Below, one piece after another: positions 9,303 through 18,326 of a stretch of 64,000 nucleotides of DNA (position 1 is the stretch's first letter; each line of letters opens with the position of its first letter). The notes beneath the pieces are model-generated. The model was given only the letters and a program-made list of their open reading frames with translations. It was not told the origin of the DNA and searched no databases. The translations under genes were made by a program, and so were the position numbers. The DNA is from Actinomycetota bacterium. Lineage in GTDB: Bacteria; Actinomycetota; Geothermincolia; Geothermincolales; RBG-13-55-18. Where the stretch lies: contig JACIXB010000016.1 in the NCBI GenBank assembly GCA_014360685.1, positions 253,586 through 317,585 of the forward strand, written 5' to 3'.

Positions 9303-10493
9303 TTGGCGGTTATAATGGTCCTCATGGATGAAAGATATCGTACTCCAGTGCCCAGGAAACGGAACCTCCTGGCCGAGGAGATGGGAAAGTTTGCCATATG
9401 CTACGCCCTCTCCGGGCATGCCTCGGCGGTGGGCAGGGATCGAACCGGCGCGCATCACCGCGGGTTGGAGGTGCAGGGGATAAAGGAGGCCATCCTCCGC
9501 GAGTCCCTGCGCGAGGGGGACACGGTGGAAACGGAGGGGATGCTCAGCCCCTACGCCGCCATATACCATCCCCGCGCCTACTATCCGGCCTACGTGATGG
9601 GGGAGATGCGCGCCGCCTTGCGCCGGGGAGAGCCGCCTCCCCGGGCCTCACCGCATTACCTTCCGGTATGCCGCCTACCGCGGCTTCCGGATGGGACGAG
9701 GGTCGGTTTCCTGTATGCCCTCCGCAGAAGGGATTTCGACCGCCCCGACTTTCCCGCTCACGTGAGGGATGTCCTCACCCGGGACTTTCCCCGCCTACCG
9801 GTCCTCTTTCCCGGTGGGGAGCACGGTCATTGGGGACGGGTGCGACTGCGTGCCAGGCTGTTGAGGCTGGAAGCGGAGGACGTACGCCGCCTGGCCGGGA
9901 TAGGGGAGGACGTCTACGGGGTTTACGCCGCGCGGGGGCTGGTCCATTTCCTGGAACCCCTGGAAATGGAAAATGTGGAAGCCCTTCCCATGCGGGGTTC
10001 CCTCTTCCTCGAGGCCTCCTTTCGGGGACTGCCGCCGTGGGAACGGTCCTGCAAGGCGCTGGATGCCGTTTTCCGGGAAACGGTGGACAGGGTTTTTCCC
10101 TCCTGCGAGCGGGGAGAGAGGGAGGAAGGCACCTGCCGCCTCCCGCACGGCGGGCACCACGTATTCCGTTTCCGCAACCGCCTTTTCGCCCTGATCTATC
10201 GCCCGGCCCTCGCCGTTTTTCGGGCCCCCGGGCTCCTGGGGCTCTTTCTCCCCGCGGACCTCGGGAATGGGGAGGAAGAGCCGCACGGTCTCTTTCGCCG
10301 CCTGGCCGTGGAGCTGCTGGAGGGCGTGTCCGGGGAACTCGGGGGGGAGGCCGGGTACAGGGTAGAGGTGGCCTACGACAACCGGCTGCCCTGGGTCCGC
10401 AGGCTCGGGGCCCTGGAGGGACCCGGTTTCAGGGCCCTGGGCGAGGAATACCCTTTCCTGGAGCCGGTCTTGAGCTGGCTCAGAGGAGCCTGA
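9303..10493 (+). CDS. Hypothetical protein (no recognisable domain; could be partly spurious at its 5' end)
   Basis: Long ORF with GC-rich third positions; starts inside a 490-bp divergent intergenic region that contains a TATAAT at about 9311. Confidence 0.3.
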   Translation: MAVIMVLMDERYRTPVPRKRNLLAEEMGKFAICYALSGHASAVGRDRTGAHHRGLEVQGIKEAILRESLREGDTVETEGMLSPYAAIYHPRAYYPAYVMGEMRAALRRGEPPPRASPHYLPVCRLPRLPDGTRVGFLYALRRRDFDRPDFPAHVRDVLTRDFPRLPVLFPGGEHGHWGRVRLRARLLRLEAEDVRRLAGIGEDVYGVYAARGLVHFLEPLEMENVEALPMRGSLFLEASFRGLPPWERSCKALDAVFRETVDRVFPSCERGEREEGTCRLPHGGHHVFRFRNRLFALIYRPALAVFRAPGLLGLFLPADLGNGEEEPHGLFRRLAVELLEGVSGELGGEAGYRVEVAYDNRLPWVRRLGALEGPGFRALGEEYPFLEPVLSWLRGA

Positions 10494-10511
10494 AGACGGA
10501 TTCGGGAGACT

Positions 10512-11444
10512 TCAGGAAGGTTCACCGCCCTCCCGCGGAGGGGCCTCCTCCCGCGCCTCCGGCTTTTCCCTTCCGCCCCCTTCCTTACGCGGGCGCTTTT
10601 TCTTCTCCGGGACCACGAATTCCCCGCCCTCCGGGTGCCCTTCCCTCCCCACCCATACCTGGATGGAATCCGTGGGACAGACCGCCGCGCAATCCCCGCA
10701 GTTGGTGCACTTCTCGTAGTCGATGGAGGCGAACCCGTCCTGCACGTGAATGGCATCCGCCGGGCAGGCCTTCTCGCATCGCCGGCAGCCGATACAGGCC
10801 ACCTTGCACACCGCGGTGGCCTTCTTTCCCGTGTACTGGCTCCTGCAGCGCACGAAGACCCTGGCCGTCGAGGGGACCATCTCTATGAGGTCGCGGGGGC
10901 ACACGTCGGCGCACAGGCCGCACCCCGTGCACCTGCGCACGTTAACCCGGCTGATGCCCTCCTCGTCGAAGGCGATGGCGCTCACCGGGCAGACATCGGC
11001 GCAGTCCTGAAGCCCGAGGCAGCCGAAGGGGCAAGCCTTTCCCCCTCCCAGCATGTGAGCGGCACGACAAGAACTCACTCCCTGGTAGAAGGCCACCGGC
11101 GGAGAGAGCGATCTGCCGCCCCGGCAGTGGATGTGGGCCACCTGGGCCACTCCCGCCTCCACCTCCAGGCCCATGATCCTCCCCACCGCAAGGGTGACAT
11201 CCGGGCCTCCCGCCCGGCACACGTTCACCGGGGCGTCGCCCCTGGCCACCGCCTCGGCGGCCGCCTCGCAGCCCGGAAGCCCGCAGGCCCCGCAGTTGGA
11301 CCCCGGCAGGGCGTCGAGGATCTCCGCCACCTTTGGGTCGGTCTCCACGTGGAAGCGCCGGGAGGCCACGGCCAGGATGGCCCCCAGGAGTATACCGAAC
11401 CCCGCCAGGCTTATCACCGCTTTCCAGACCAGGGACCAGTCCAT
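10512..11444 (-). CDS. rnfB: Rnf complex subunit B (polyferredoxin)
   Basis: N-terminal membrane anchor followed by CGACGLPGCEAAAEAV and multiple CxxCxxCxxxCP motifs; last gene of the rnfCDGEAB array. Confidence 0.8.
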   Translation of the reverse strand: MDWSLVWKAVISLAGFGILLGAILAVASRRFHVETDPKVAEILDALPGSNCGACGLPGCEAAAEAVARGDAPVNVCRAGGPDVTLAVGRIMGLEVEAGVAQVAHIHCRGGRSLSPPVAFYQGVSSCRAAHMLGGGKACPFGCLGLQDCADVCPVSAIAFDEEGISRVNVRRCTGCGLCADVCPRDLIEMVPSTARVFVRCRSQYTGKKATAVCKVACIGCRRCEKACPADAIHVQDGFASIDYEKCTNCGDCAAVCPTDSIQVWVGREGHPEGGEFVVPEKKKRPRKEGGGREKPEAREEAPPREGGEPS

Positions 11445-11454
11445 CTTGCACCCC

Positions 11455-12078
11455 TCACAGGTTGAACATCCCCGCGAAGCCCATGAAGGCCAGGGAGAAG
11501 AGGGCGGCAGTTATGAAGGCTATGGGCACCCCGCGAAAGAACTTGGGGATGGGGGCCAGTTCCAGCCTTTCCCGCATGGCGGCGAAGAGGATGAGCACCA
11601 AGGAAAACCCCGCGGCCACCCCGATGGTGTAGACCAGCGCCTCGGGGAAGCCGTAATGGTAGGGAACGTTGAGCTTGGTGAAGAACCCCGGCTTGACGCT
11701 CTCCGTGGCCGCGGCCAGGACGGCGCAGTTGGTGGTGATCAGCGGCAGGTAGATGCCCATGGCCCGGTAGAGCGGAGGGCTGGTCTTCTTGATGACCATC
11801 TCCACGAACTGAACCAGGCTGGCGATGATGAGGATGAAGGAGGGGATGTACAGGAATTCCCCTACCCCCAGCGGTTTCAGCACGTAGTTCCAGGCGATCC
11901 AGCTCACCGAGGTGGCCATGGTCATGACGAAGATGACCGAGATGCTCATCCCCAGCGAGGTCTCCAGACTGGTGGAAACCCCGAAGAAGGGACACAGGGC
12001 GATGAAGCGGATGAGCAGGATATTGGCCACCAGGGAGGCGCCGAAGAAGAGCAGGAAGTATCTCCAGGCCTCGTTCAT
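11455..12078 (-). CDS. rnfA: Rnf complex subunit A
   Basis: Polytopic membrane protein, MNEAWRYFLLFFGASLVANILLIRFIALCPFFGVS matches the RnfA/NqrE family; start taken at the internal Met (track ORF extends to 12123). Confidence 0.85.
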   Translation of the reverse strand: MNEAWRYFLLFFGASLVANILLIRFIALCPFFGVSTSLETSLGMSISVIFVMTMATSVSWIAWNYVLKPLGVGEFLYIPSFILIIASLVQFVEMVIKKTSPPLYRAMGIYLPLITTNCAVLAAATESVKPGFFTKLNVPYHYGFPEALVYTIGVAAGFSLVLILFAAMRERLELAPIPKFFRGVPIAFITAALFSLAFMGFAGMFNL

Positions 12079-12080
12079 CT

Positions 12081-12749
12081 CTAACCCTCCTCGGTCCCCG
12101 GTTTCTTGCGTGCCTGGTACCACTGCAACAGCGCCGAGAGCAGGGCGAAAGTGATGAAAGCGCCCGGGAACATGATCAGGATGACCGGGACCGCCTTGAT
12201 GTGGAGGTTGATGATCGTCTTATCGAAGAGGACGATCTTCCCGGTCCCGAAGAGCTCCCGGAAGACGCTCATGATCAAAAGGACCGTGGTGTACCCCATC
12301 CCGATGCCCAGCCCGTCCATGAGGGCGTGGGAGACCTTGGCGCTGGAGGCGTAACCCTCGGCCCGGGCCAGGATGATGCAATTGACCACGATGAGGGGTA
12401 TCCACACCCCGAGCCGCTCGTAGACCGCGGGGATGGTCTTCAGGGTGAGGTCCACGATGGTCACGAAGGAGGCTATGACCACGATGTAGATGGGGATGCG
12501 CACCTGGTCGGGGATGAAGTTGCGGATGAGGGAGATGATCACGTTGGAGCAGGTGAGCACGAAGATGACCGCCAGCCCCATGAAGATGCAGTTCTCCACC
12601 CGGGTGGAGATGGCCAGGGCGGAACACAGGCCCACCATGAGCACCAGGAGGGGGTTGGTGGTGATGAATCCCTTGCGCAGCTCCCCCCAGAGGGTCTTTT
12701 TTTTCTCCTCCACGATCAAACTCCACCCCCTTCCTGGAGCCTTTTCCAC
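12081..12749 (-). CDS. rnfE: Rnf complex subunit E
   Basis: RnfE/NqrD family membrane protein (NPLLVLMVGLCSALAIS...); an alternative GTG start near 12713 would avoid the 34-nt overlap with rnfG. Confidence 0.85.
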   Translation of the reverse strand: MEKAPGRGWSLIVEEKKKTLWGELRKGFITTNPLLVLMVGLCSALAISTRVENCIFMGLAVIFVLTCSNVIISLIRNFIPDQVRIPIYIVVIASFVTIVDLTLKTIPAVYERLGVWIPLIVVNCIILARAEGYASSAKVSHALMDGLGIGMGYTTVLLIMSVFRELFGTGKIVLFDKTIINLHIKAVPVILIMFPGAFITFALLSALLQWYQARKKPGTEEG

Positions 12750-13285
12750 ATCTCCAGGGCCATGTTCACCCCGTTGGCGATGCCCTTGGAGGTGAAGGTA
12801 GCCCCTGTCCAGGCGTCCACGTCCACCTTGAGGGTCAGGGGCTCCGGGCCCTTGCCCTGGAACTTGGCTAGGTATTCCTCGGAGTCCAAGGCCACCGCTC
12901 CCAGCCCGGGGGTCTCCTCGTTGGTCACCGCCTTGATGCCGGTGACCTTGCCCTCCAGGTCCACCCCTACGGCCATGGTGATGAAGTTATAGCCCTTGCT
13001 CTTGAGCACGAAGGCGTAGCCCGCCCGCCGTCCGGCCTCGTCCAAGCCTTCGAAGACGGTGATGAGATCCGGGAAGTCGGGTTGCAGCAAGGCCGTGAGC
13101 TCCTCGCTCTCCTCCGGCTGGGCGGGTATGGAGGACAGGACCGCCTCCGCCGCCCTCGCCCTTCGCTTGGCCTCTTCCTGGGCGATGCGGTCCTTGACCA
13201 GGGAGTAGGTGAACCCCAGGCCGGCGGCAGCCACGGCGCAGACCAGGAATAGGCGCAGGCCCAGGTTGAGGACGTGGCGCATCAT
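12716..13285 (-). CDS. rnfG: Rnf complex subunit G (FMN-binding)
   Basis: Single N-terminal TM helix plus FMN-binding domain (GYNFITMAVGVDLEGKVTGIKAVTNEETPGLGA...TGATFTSKG); the N-terminal extension in the track ORF is spurious and the start is at MMRHV. Confidence 0.8.
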   Translation of the reverse strand: MMRHVLNLGLRLFLVCAVAAAGLGFTYSLVKDRIAQEEAKRRARAAEAVLSSIPAQPEESEELTALLQPDFPDLITVFEGLDEAGRRAGYAFVLKSKGYNFITMAVGVDLEGKVTGIKAVTNEETPGLGAVALDSEEYLAKFQGKGPEPLTLKVDVDAWTGATFTSKGIANGVNMALEMWKRLQEGGGV

Positions 13286-14328
13286 GGCCCGCTCGCCTCC
13301 TTGGTCCGGGCTGCCTTCCCGTAGGTGCGGGGAAGGACGTAGCGATCGATGATGGGTACCAGGCCGTTCATGAAAAGGATGGCGAACATCACCCCCTCCG
13401 GGTTGTTGGACCAGAAGCGCAAGAGCCAGGTCACCAGGCCCAGCCCCAGGGCATAGATCACCTTGCCGCGCGGGGCCAGGGGGCTGGTGGTGTAATCGGT
13501 GGCCATGAAGATGGCCCCGATGAGCAACCCGCCCGCCAGGGTATAAAAGAGCGGATCCCTCCCGGTGATGGCGGTGAGAGCGGCGACCGTTCCCACGTAT
13601 ATGACCGGGATCCGCCAGTCGATGATGCGGGTGACCGCCAGGTAGATACCCCCCAGGACGAGGAGCAGGGCGGAGACCTCTCCCAGGCACCCCCAGGGGT
13701 TGGCCAGGAGCAGGGGCTTGTAATAGGAGGATGCCTGGATCCCGTGGGGAACACCGCCGGGTCCCACGGGACTGAGGGAGGGATCGTAGACGATCTTCAT
13801 GGCCGCCAGCGGGGAGGCCCCTCCGGCCACGTCCACCGCCTTCTCGATGGCCTTATGCGCCGGGGTGCTGGCGATGCCTATGGCCGCCGACTTGACGTAT
13901 CCCGCCGTCATGTAGGCGGCCCAGGAGACGAAGGCCACCGCCCTGCCCACCAGGGCGGGGTTGAAGAGGTTGTGGCCCAACCCGCCGAAGACCTGCTTGC
14001 CCAGCACGGTGGCCACCAGGCCGGCCACCAGGGCTATCCACCAGTTGACCTTGGGAGGGAGGGTGAGGGCCAGGAGCAAGCCGGTGAGCAAGGCGCTGCA
14101 GTCGTCCAGGGTCACCGGGAGGCGCCTGCCCTTCTGCACCGCCAACTCGCCAAGGAGGGCCCCGGCGATGGAGGATACGATGACGTAAAAACCGTGGACG
14201 CCGTGGATGACCACCGAGTACAGGGTCACCGGGGCCAGGGCCACGATAACCTGGCACATGATCTTCCGGGTGGTTATGGGATCCCGGATGTGCGGGGAGG
14301 TGGAGAGGATGAACCTAGTGGTTTCCAC
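13282..14328 (-). CDS. rnfD: Rnf complex subunit D
   Basis: RnfD/NqrB family (SPHIRDPITTRKIMCQVIVALAP...); overlaps the rnfG start by 4 nt. Confidence 0.85.
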   Translation of the reverse strand: METTRFILSTSPHIRDPITTRKIMCQVIVALAPVTLYSVVIHGVHGFYVIVSSIAGALLGELAVQKGRRLPVTLDDCSALLTGLLLALTLPPKVNWWIALVAGLVATVLGKQVFGGLGHNLFNPALVGRAVAFVSWAAYMTAGYVKSAAIGIASTPAHKAIEKAVDVAGGASPLAAMKIVYDPSLSPVGPGGVPHGIQASSYYKPLLLANPWGCLGEVSALLLVLGGIYLAVTRIIDWRIPVIYVGTVAALTAITGRDPLFYTLAGGLLIGAIFMATDYTTSPLAPRGKVIYALGLGLVTWLLRFWSNNPEGVMFAILFMNGLVPIIDRYVLPRTYGKAARTKEASGP

Positions 14329-15724
14329 CGCCGCCCTCCTTCCCGGCGGAGGTTTCCCTTTCCCGGGCCCGTCTTTCCTCGGCGGCCTTGAGGCGGGCCA
14401 GTTCCGCCTTCCCGAACTTGATCAGCTGCACGATGGGGTTCCGCGTGGGGCAGGCATAAGCGCAGCACCCGCATTCTATGCAGTCGTTGATGTTCAAACG
14501 CCGGGCCTCCTCCCATCTCTCGCGGTGGGAAAAGACCGCCAGGTAGGTGGGGATCAGGTTCATGGGGCAGGCCTCCACGCAGCGGCCGCAGCGGATGCAT
14601 ACCGGCTCTCGGGGTACCTCATAGCTCGCCTCCCGGTCGGAAAGGGCCAGGATGCCCGAGGTCCCCTTGACCACCGGAACCTCCAGGGTGTGCTGGGCCA
14701 GGCCCATCATGGGTCCGCCCATGATGACCTTGGCCGGGTGGGACATGAACCCCCCGCAAGCCTCCACGGCGGCGGCGAAGCTGGTGCCCAGGGGGACCAG
14801 GAGGTTGGAGGGTTCCCGGATCACCGATCCGGTCACCGTGACCACCCTCTCCACCAGGGGCAAGCCGGTTCGGAAGTAGTGGGCGATGGCCCTCGCCGTG
14901 CCCACGTTGTTCACCACCACCCCCACGTGCATGGGCAGCCCCCCGGAGGGGACTTCCCTCCCCAGGATATTGGATATGAGTACCTTCTCCGCGCCTTGGG
15001 GGTAACGGGTCCTCAATGTGCGCAGCTCGATGGCCGGGTCCCGGACCACCTCCGCCAGCTTCCGGACGGCCAGGGGCTTGTTGTCCTCCACGGCGATGAC
15101 CGCCCGGGGGGCCCCCACGGCCTTCATGATGATCCGGAGTCCTTCCACCACCTCCTCGGTTTGTTCGAGCATCAGGCGGTAGTCGGCGGTGAGAAAAGGC
15201 TCACATTCCGCGCCGTTGAGAATCACCGTGTCGATGGGGAATTCCCCGGGCGGAGCCAACTTCACGTGGGTGGGAAAGGCGGCCCCGCCCAGCCCCACCA
15301 TACCCGCCGCGCGGACGGCACGGCGGATATCCTCGGGTCCCATGTCCTCCCATGGCGATGGCTGGAGGGAAGGATCACGCTCGTAGAGGCCGTCGTTTTC
15401 GATGATCACCGCGGGTGATTCCCCGCCCACCGGGTGGGGATGGGGCGCTATTTCCCGTACCGTTCCCGAGACGCTGGAGTGCACGGGGGCGGATACGAAG
15501 GCCTCGGAATCCCCGATCACCGTGCCCACCAGGACCCGGTCTCCCTTTTTCACCTTCGGAGAACAAGGCGCACCGATGTGCTGCCTGAGAGGGATGGCCA
15601 CAAGTTCCGGGGCTTCCATACGGGTTATGGGCTTTTCGGCGGTGTAATGCTTATTGTCCGGGGGATGGACTCCACCCCTGATCCTCTTTCGCCACCCGGC
15701 GTTAATCCCTGCCACTGTTCTCAT
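14315..15724 (-). CDS. rnfC: Rnf complex subunit C (NADH-binding, 2x[4Fe-4S])
   Basis: RnfC family: N-terminal barrel, SLBB/NADH-binding fold, C-terminal CIRCGRCVEACP and CIECGCCAYACP ferredoxin motifs. Confidence 0.85.
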   Translation of the reverse strand: MRTVAGINAGWRKRIRGGVHPPDNKHYTAEKPITRMEAPELVAIPLRQHIGAPCSPKVKKGDRVLVGTVIGDSEAFVSAPVHSSVSGTVREIAPHPHPVGGESPAVIIENDGLYERDPSLQPSPWEDMGPEDIRRAVRAAGMVGLGGAAFPTHVKLAPPGEFPIDTVILNGAECEPFLTADYRLMLEQTEEVVEGLRIIMKAVGAPRAVIAVEDNKPLAVRKLAEVVRDPAIELRTLRTRYPQGAEKVLISNILGREVPSGGLPMHVGVVVNNVGTARAIAHYFRTGLPLVERVVTVTGSVIREPSNLLVPLGTSFAAAVEACGGFMSHPAKVIMGGPMMGLAQHTLEVPVVKGTSGILALSDREASYEVPREPVCIRCGRCVEACPMNLIPTYLAVFSHRERWEEARRLNINDCIECGCCAYACPTRNPIVQLIKFGKAELARLKAAEERRARERETSAGKEGGGGNH

Positions 15725-15813
15725 CGATGCTCCATGTCCGCGGGAAAACCGCCTGTTCCGGGCAAAATAAAACCGTATTGTAATTTAATCCCTCACCCGG
15801 AGGATGTCCAGAA

Positions 15814-15860
15814 GTATTTCGAAATTTCCAAAAAAATTTTTTTAGGAATCCGAAATTTTA
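15814..15860. promoter_or_regulatory. AT-rich near-palindromic element in the rnfC/rseC divergent promoter region (ATTTCGAAAT perfect palindrome, an A7T7 tract, and a second CGAAATTT half-site)
   Basis: Read directly: TATTTCGAAATTTCCAAAAAAATTTTTTTAGGAATCCGAAATTTTA in an otherwise 65-70% GC context. Confidence 0.35.
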
Positions 15861-15943
15861 CCAGCTTCCTTTTGAGGACGGCGGACCGTCGGCGGGAAGG
15901 GGGATAGAGAGGGAAAAGGGGGCGGGAGACCGCCTGTCCACCC

Positions 15944-16516
15944 GTGGATTATACTGTTCCCATGGAATGCAGGGGCGTGGTCACGGAAAGAGGGAGCGGA
16001 TGGGTGAGGGTGCGCGTGGCCGCCTCCGACTGTGCGCGGTGCGGAGCGTGCGGCATCTTCTCCCGGCGCGGCGGCGAGGAAGTGGAGATCATCGCCCTCG
16101 ACGATACCGGGGCCCGGGAAGGAGACGAGGTGGGGCTGGAAGTCCCCGGCCGGGCCGTGCTCCTCTCCTTCCTCCTGGCCTTCGGGCTTCCCCTGCTCGC
16201 CATGGCCGCTGCCTATCTCCTGGCCTTCCTCCTCTTCCTCGCGGCGGGAGGGAAGGCCAACCAGGGAGCGGCGATCGCGGCAGCGGTGGCTGCCGGCGGG
16301 GCGTGTTTCTGGGTGAGCGTCAGGGTGGCGGGAAGGAAGCTCGTCCATCCCCGGGTGACCTCCGTGATCCGGGAAACGGTGCGCATGGGGAGGGATCGCG
16401 GGGAGGGAAGCGGACATCCACTACCCGCGGGGTTCGACGCGGCGGAGGCGATGGGGGTTCGCCCCGCGTCCCCTGGAGAGGGTCAGCCCCCGTGCACCGG
16501 ACAGCGCGACGGGTGA
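15944..16516 (+). CDS. RseC/MucC-family (SoxR-reducing-system-like) small membrane protein, divergent from rnfC
   Basis: N-terminal Cys-containing soluble domain (CRGVV...CARCGACGIF) followed by two hydrophobic helices; this family is commonly encoded next to rnf operons. Confidence 0.55.
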   Translation: MDYTVPMECRGVVTERGSGWVRVRVAASDCARCGACGIFSRRGGEEVEIIALDDTGAREGDEVGLEVPGRAVLLSFLLAFGLPLLAMAAAYLLAFLLFLAAGGKANQGAAIAAAVAAGGACFWVSVRVAGRKLVHPRVTSVIRETVRMGRDRGEGSGHPLPAGFDAAEAMGVRPASPGEGQPPCTGQRDG

Positions 16517-16554
16517 CCCGGACAGGTCGTTCTGGGGAAGGAAAAGCAGCGAGG

Positions 16555-17343
16555 TCAGGGGTTTTCCCCCAGCTCGGCCAGGATATCCTCCACCGCCTCG
16601 CGGTCCTCGGGGTAGGAGAAGGTGCTCGTCCGGGCCGCGGCCGGGCCCTCCTCCTCTCGGCCACGGAGTATCCCCTGGATCTTGTCCTGGAGACGCGCCG
16701 CGCAGGCCCTGGCGCCCTCCGGGCCCACGTTGGGGAGGAGGACCACCAGGCGGTCCCCCACCCGGGCCAGCTCGTCCACGGCTCGGGTGTCGTTCTTGAG
16801 CACGTTCACCGTGACGTCGCGGAGAAGGCTCGCCCCCCTTCCCCTGGTTCGGGAGAGGAGGGCGGGGTCGAAGGAGAAGAACACCAGGGAGAAGGGTTTC
16901 CCGTACCTCTCGTGTTCCAGGACTCGCTGCTCGATCTCGCGGCGCAGGAAGCGCGCGTTTCCCACCTGGGTCTCGTCGTCCACCAGGTCCTGTTCCTCCA
17001 TCTTCACGAAGAAGTAGCGGAACTGGACGCGGATGTTGTGGCAGAGGAAGGCCATGATCCCGTAGACCAGGAACTTGGCGCCTATCAACTGGGCGAGCAC
17101 CCCGCCCTGGAAATCCCCTCTCCAGGCCAGGCGGCATGCGGAGTAGAGGGCCAGGCAGAGCAGAAAGGAGAGGACGGCGCCCCGCCTTCCCCCGTAGAGG
17201 CCGGCCACCACCACGGCCATCATCAGACAGTGGCCCAGGACCTCCACGGCATCCGTCTTCTGCACCGCCATGCCCACGGCCATGGCCGCGACGGCCAGGC
17301 CCATCACCAGGAGTACCAGGCGCTCGAACTTGGCGTATCTCAT
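16555..17343 (-). CDS. Membrane protein with a degenerate (likely catalytically inactive) GGDEF domain
   Basis: 4-5 N-terminal TM helices; GGDEF-like scaffold DETQVGNARFLRRE...SLVFFSFD...ARVGDRLVVLLPNVG in which the GG(D/E)EF signature is replaced by VGDRL. Confidence 0.5.
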   Translation of the reverse strand: MRYAKFERLVLLVMGLAVAAMAVGMAVQKTDAVEVLGHCLMMAVVVAGLYGGRRGAVLSFLLCLALYSACRLAWRGDFQGGVLAQLIGAKFLVYGIMAFLCHNIRVQFRYFFVKMEEQDLVDDETQVGNARFLRREIEQRVLEHERYGKPFSLVFFSFDPALLSRTRGRGASLLRDVTVNVLKNDTRAVDELARVGDRLVVLLPNVGPEGARACAARLQDKIQGILRGREEEGPAAARTSTFSYPEDREAVEDILAELGENP

Positions 17344-17365
17344 GGCTTATCCTTCCTCCCCGGGA

Positions 17366-17713
17366 TCACAGTTCCTGGTGATAGGGACAAGAGACCTTGC
17401 CCTCCAACGGGTCGTAGAGATATTCCTGCCCCGATTTGGGGCACTGGAAATCGGTGCCGGCCTCCAGGTAATCGGGCACCAGTTCCTGGAGGGAAGGGGG
17501 GTAGGCTTCATGCTCGGCTTGGTAAACGCTGAGTGCCCCTCTTATGTTCTTCAGGTTGGCGCGGCAGGCTGTCTCCCGGGTGCGGTCCAGGGAGAAGGAA
17601 TAGGAGATGAAGGCGATGCCCAGGAGGATGGCGATGATCAGGAGGACCATCATCATCTCCACGATGGTGAAACCGTTTTGTCCGCCGCGACGCCGGTTGT
17701 TCATTATCTCCAC
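17366..17713 (-). CDS. Type IV pilin / pseudopilin-like protein with a Cys-rich C-terminus
   Basis: Prepilin-peptidase site and N-methylation helix QNG|FTIVEMMMVLLIIAILLGIAF; C-terminal CRANL...CPKSG...CPYH; 22 nt upstream of the GGDEF-like gene on the same strand. Confidence 0.65.
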   Translation of the reverse strand: MEIMNNRRRGGQNGFTIVEMMMVLLIIAILLGIAFISYSFSLDRTRETACRANLKNIRGALSVYQAEHEAYPPSLQELVPDYLEAGTDFQCPKSGQEYLYDPLEGKVSCPYHQEL

Positions 17714-18326
17714 CCCGTCACAGGTTAATTCTCGGTGTATGCACGGATATCCTTGAACGTCGAGTCCCGAAACATTGTTTCTCCGGCCCCGCCCCGGTTT
17801 GGTCCCAGGTGCACGAACGGTGATTACCTCTGGAAATCGACTCCCGGGTCACGATTCGCGCCGTTGCGAAGGGAGACGCGCCTGGGTTAAAAGGCGATCT
17901 TTTTCGATTGTCGGAAGGAAGATACGGTGCGCTCCCGGAACCCTTGCGGGTCTTGACGAGGGTCGGCGGGCGCGTCCCCCACATGTTTGCGCCCCGGGAT
18001 GGGAATAATATGCGAGAAAGGGGATCGGCAGGGCAACACGAATAAATACCTTGAAAGCCTTCCGTGGGAGAGGAAGGGCAGGGAGGGTGCCGGGTAGCGG
18101 GTGGATCACCAGTGGCAGTCGGCGGAACCCCGCCGGGTGCGGTGAGGGGCCGCGCTGCAGGTGAGCGGGTGAAGGCGGAACCCGGTGGTCTCGGCCGATG
18201 GCGGATGCGTGACCGTTGATGGGTTGGATCGCTCAAGGGGGTGGCGAAGCTCGTGTACCGCTGGGCCGTCGTGTAAGCGTGGAATGACCGGGCCCGGGGT
18301 AATATCGTGGAAGGATTCGGGAAAAC

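Noticed and set aside
9430-9500. tRNA-like T-arm string GGGATCGAACC (reverse complement of GGTTCGATCCC) suggesting a minus-strand tRNA
   Set aside because: I reverse-complemented the surrounding 80 nt and could not build acceptor, D or anticodon stems. The segment lies inside a long GC-rich ORF. Most likely a chance match.
12716-13690. 135-aa N-terminal extension on the track's rnfG ORF, and similar extensions on the rnfA, FAD-oxidoreductase (34262), fchA, acsD, acsA and nuoF-like ORFs
   Set aside because: The extensions overlap upstream genes and lack homology. Internal Met/GTG codons with RBS-like sequences give protein lengths matching family norms, so starts were trimmed.
18080-18260. 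Possible cobalamin riboswitch (GGTGCC..., GGTGAAGGCGGAACCCGGTGG)
   Set aside because: No B12-box (GCCACTG...AGGAnACCTGCC-type) and no GGGAA...CCCGC core could be aligned. Downstream genes are not B12-related.
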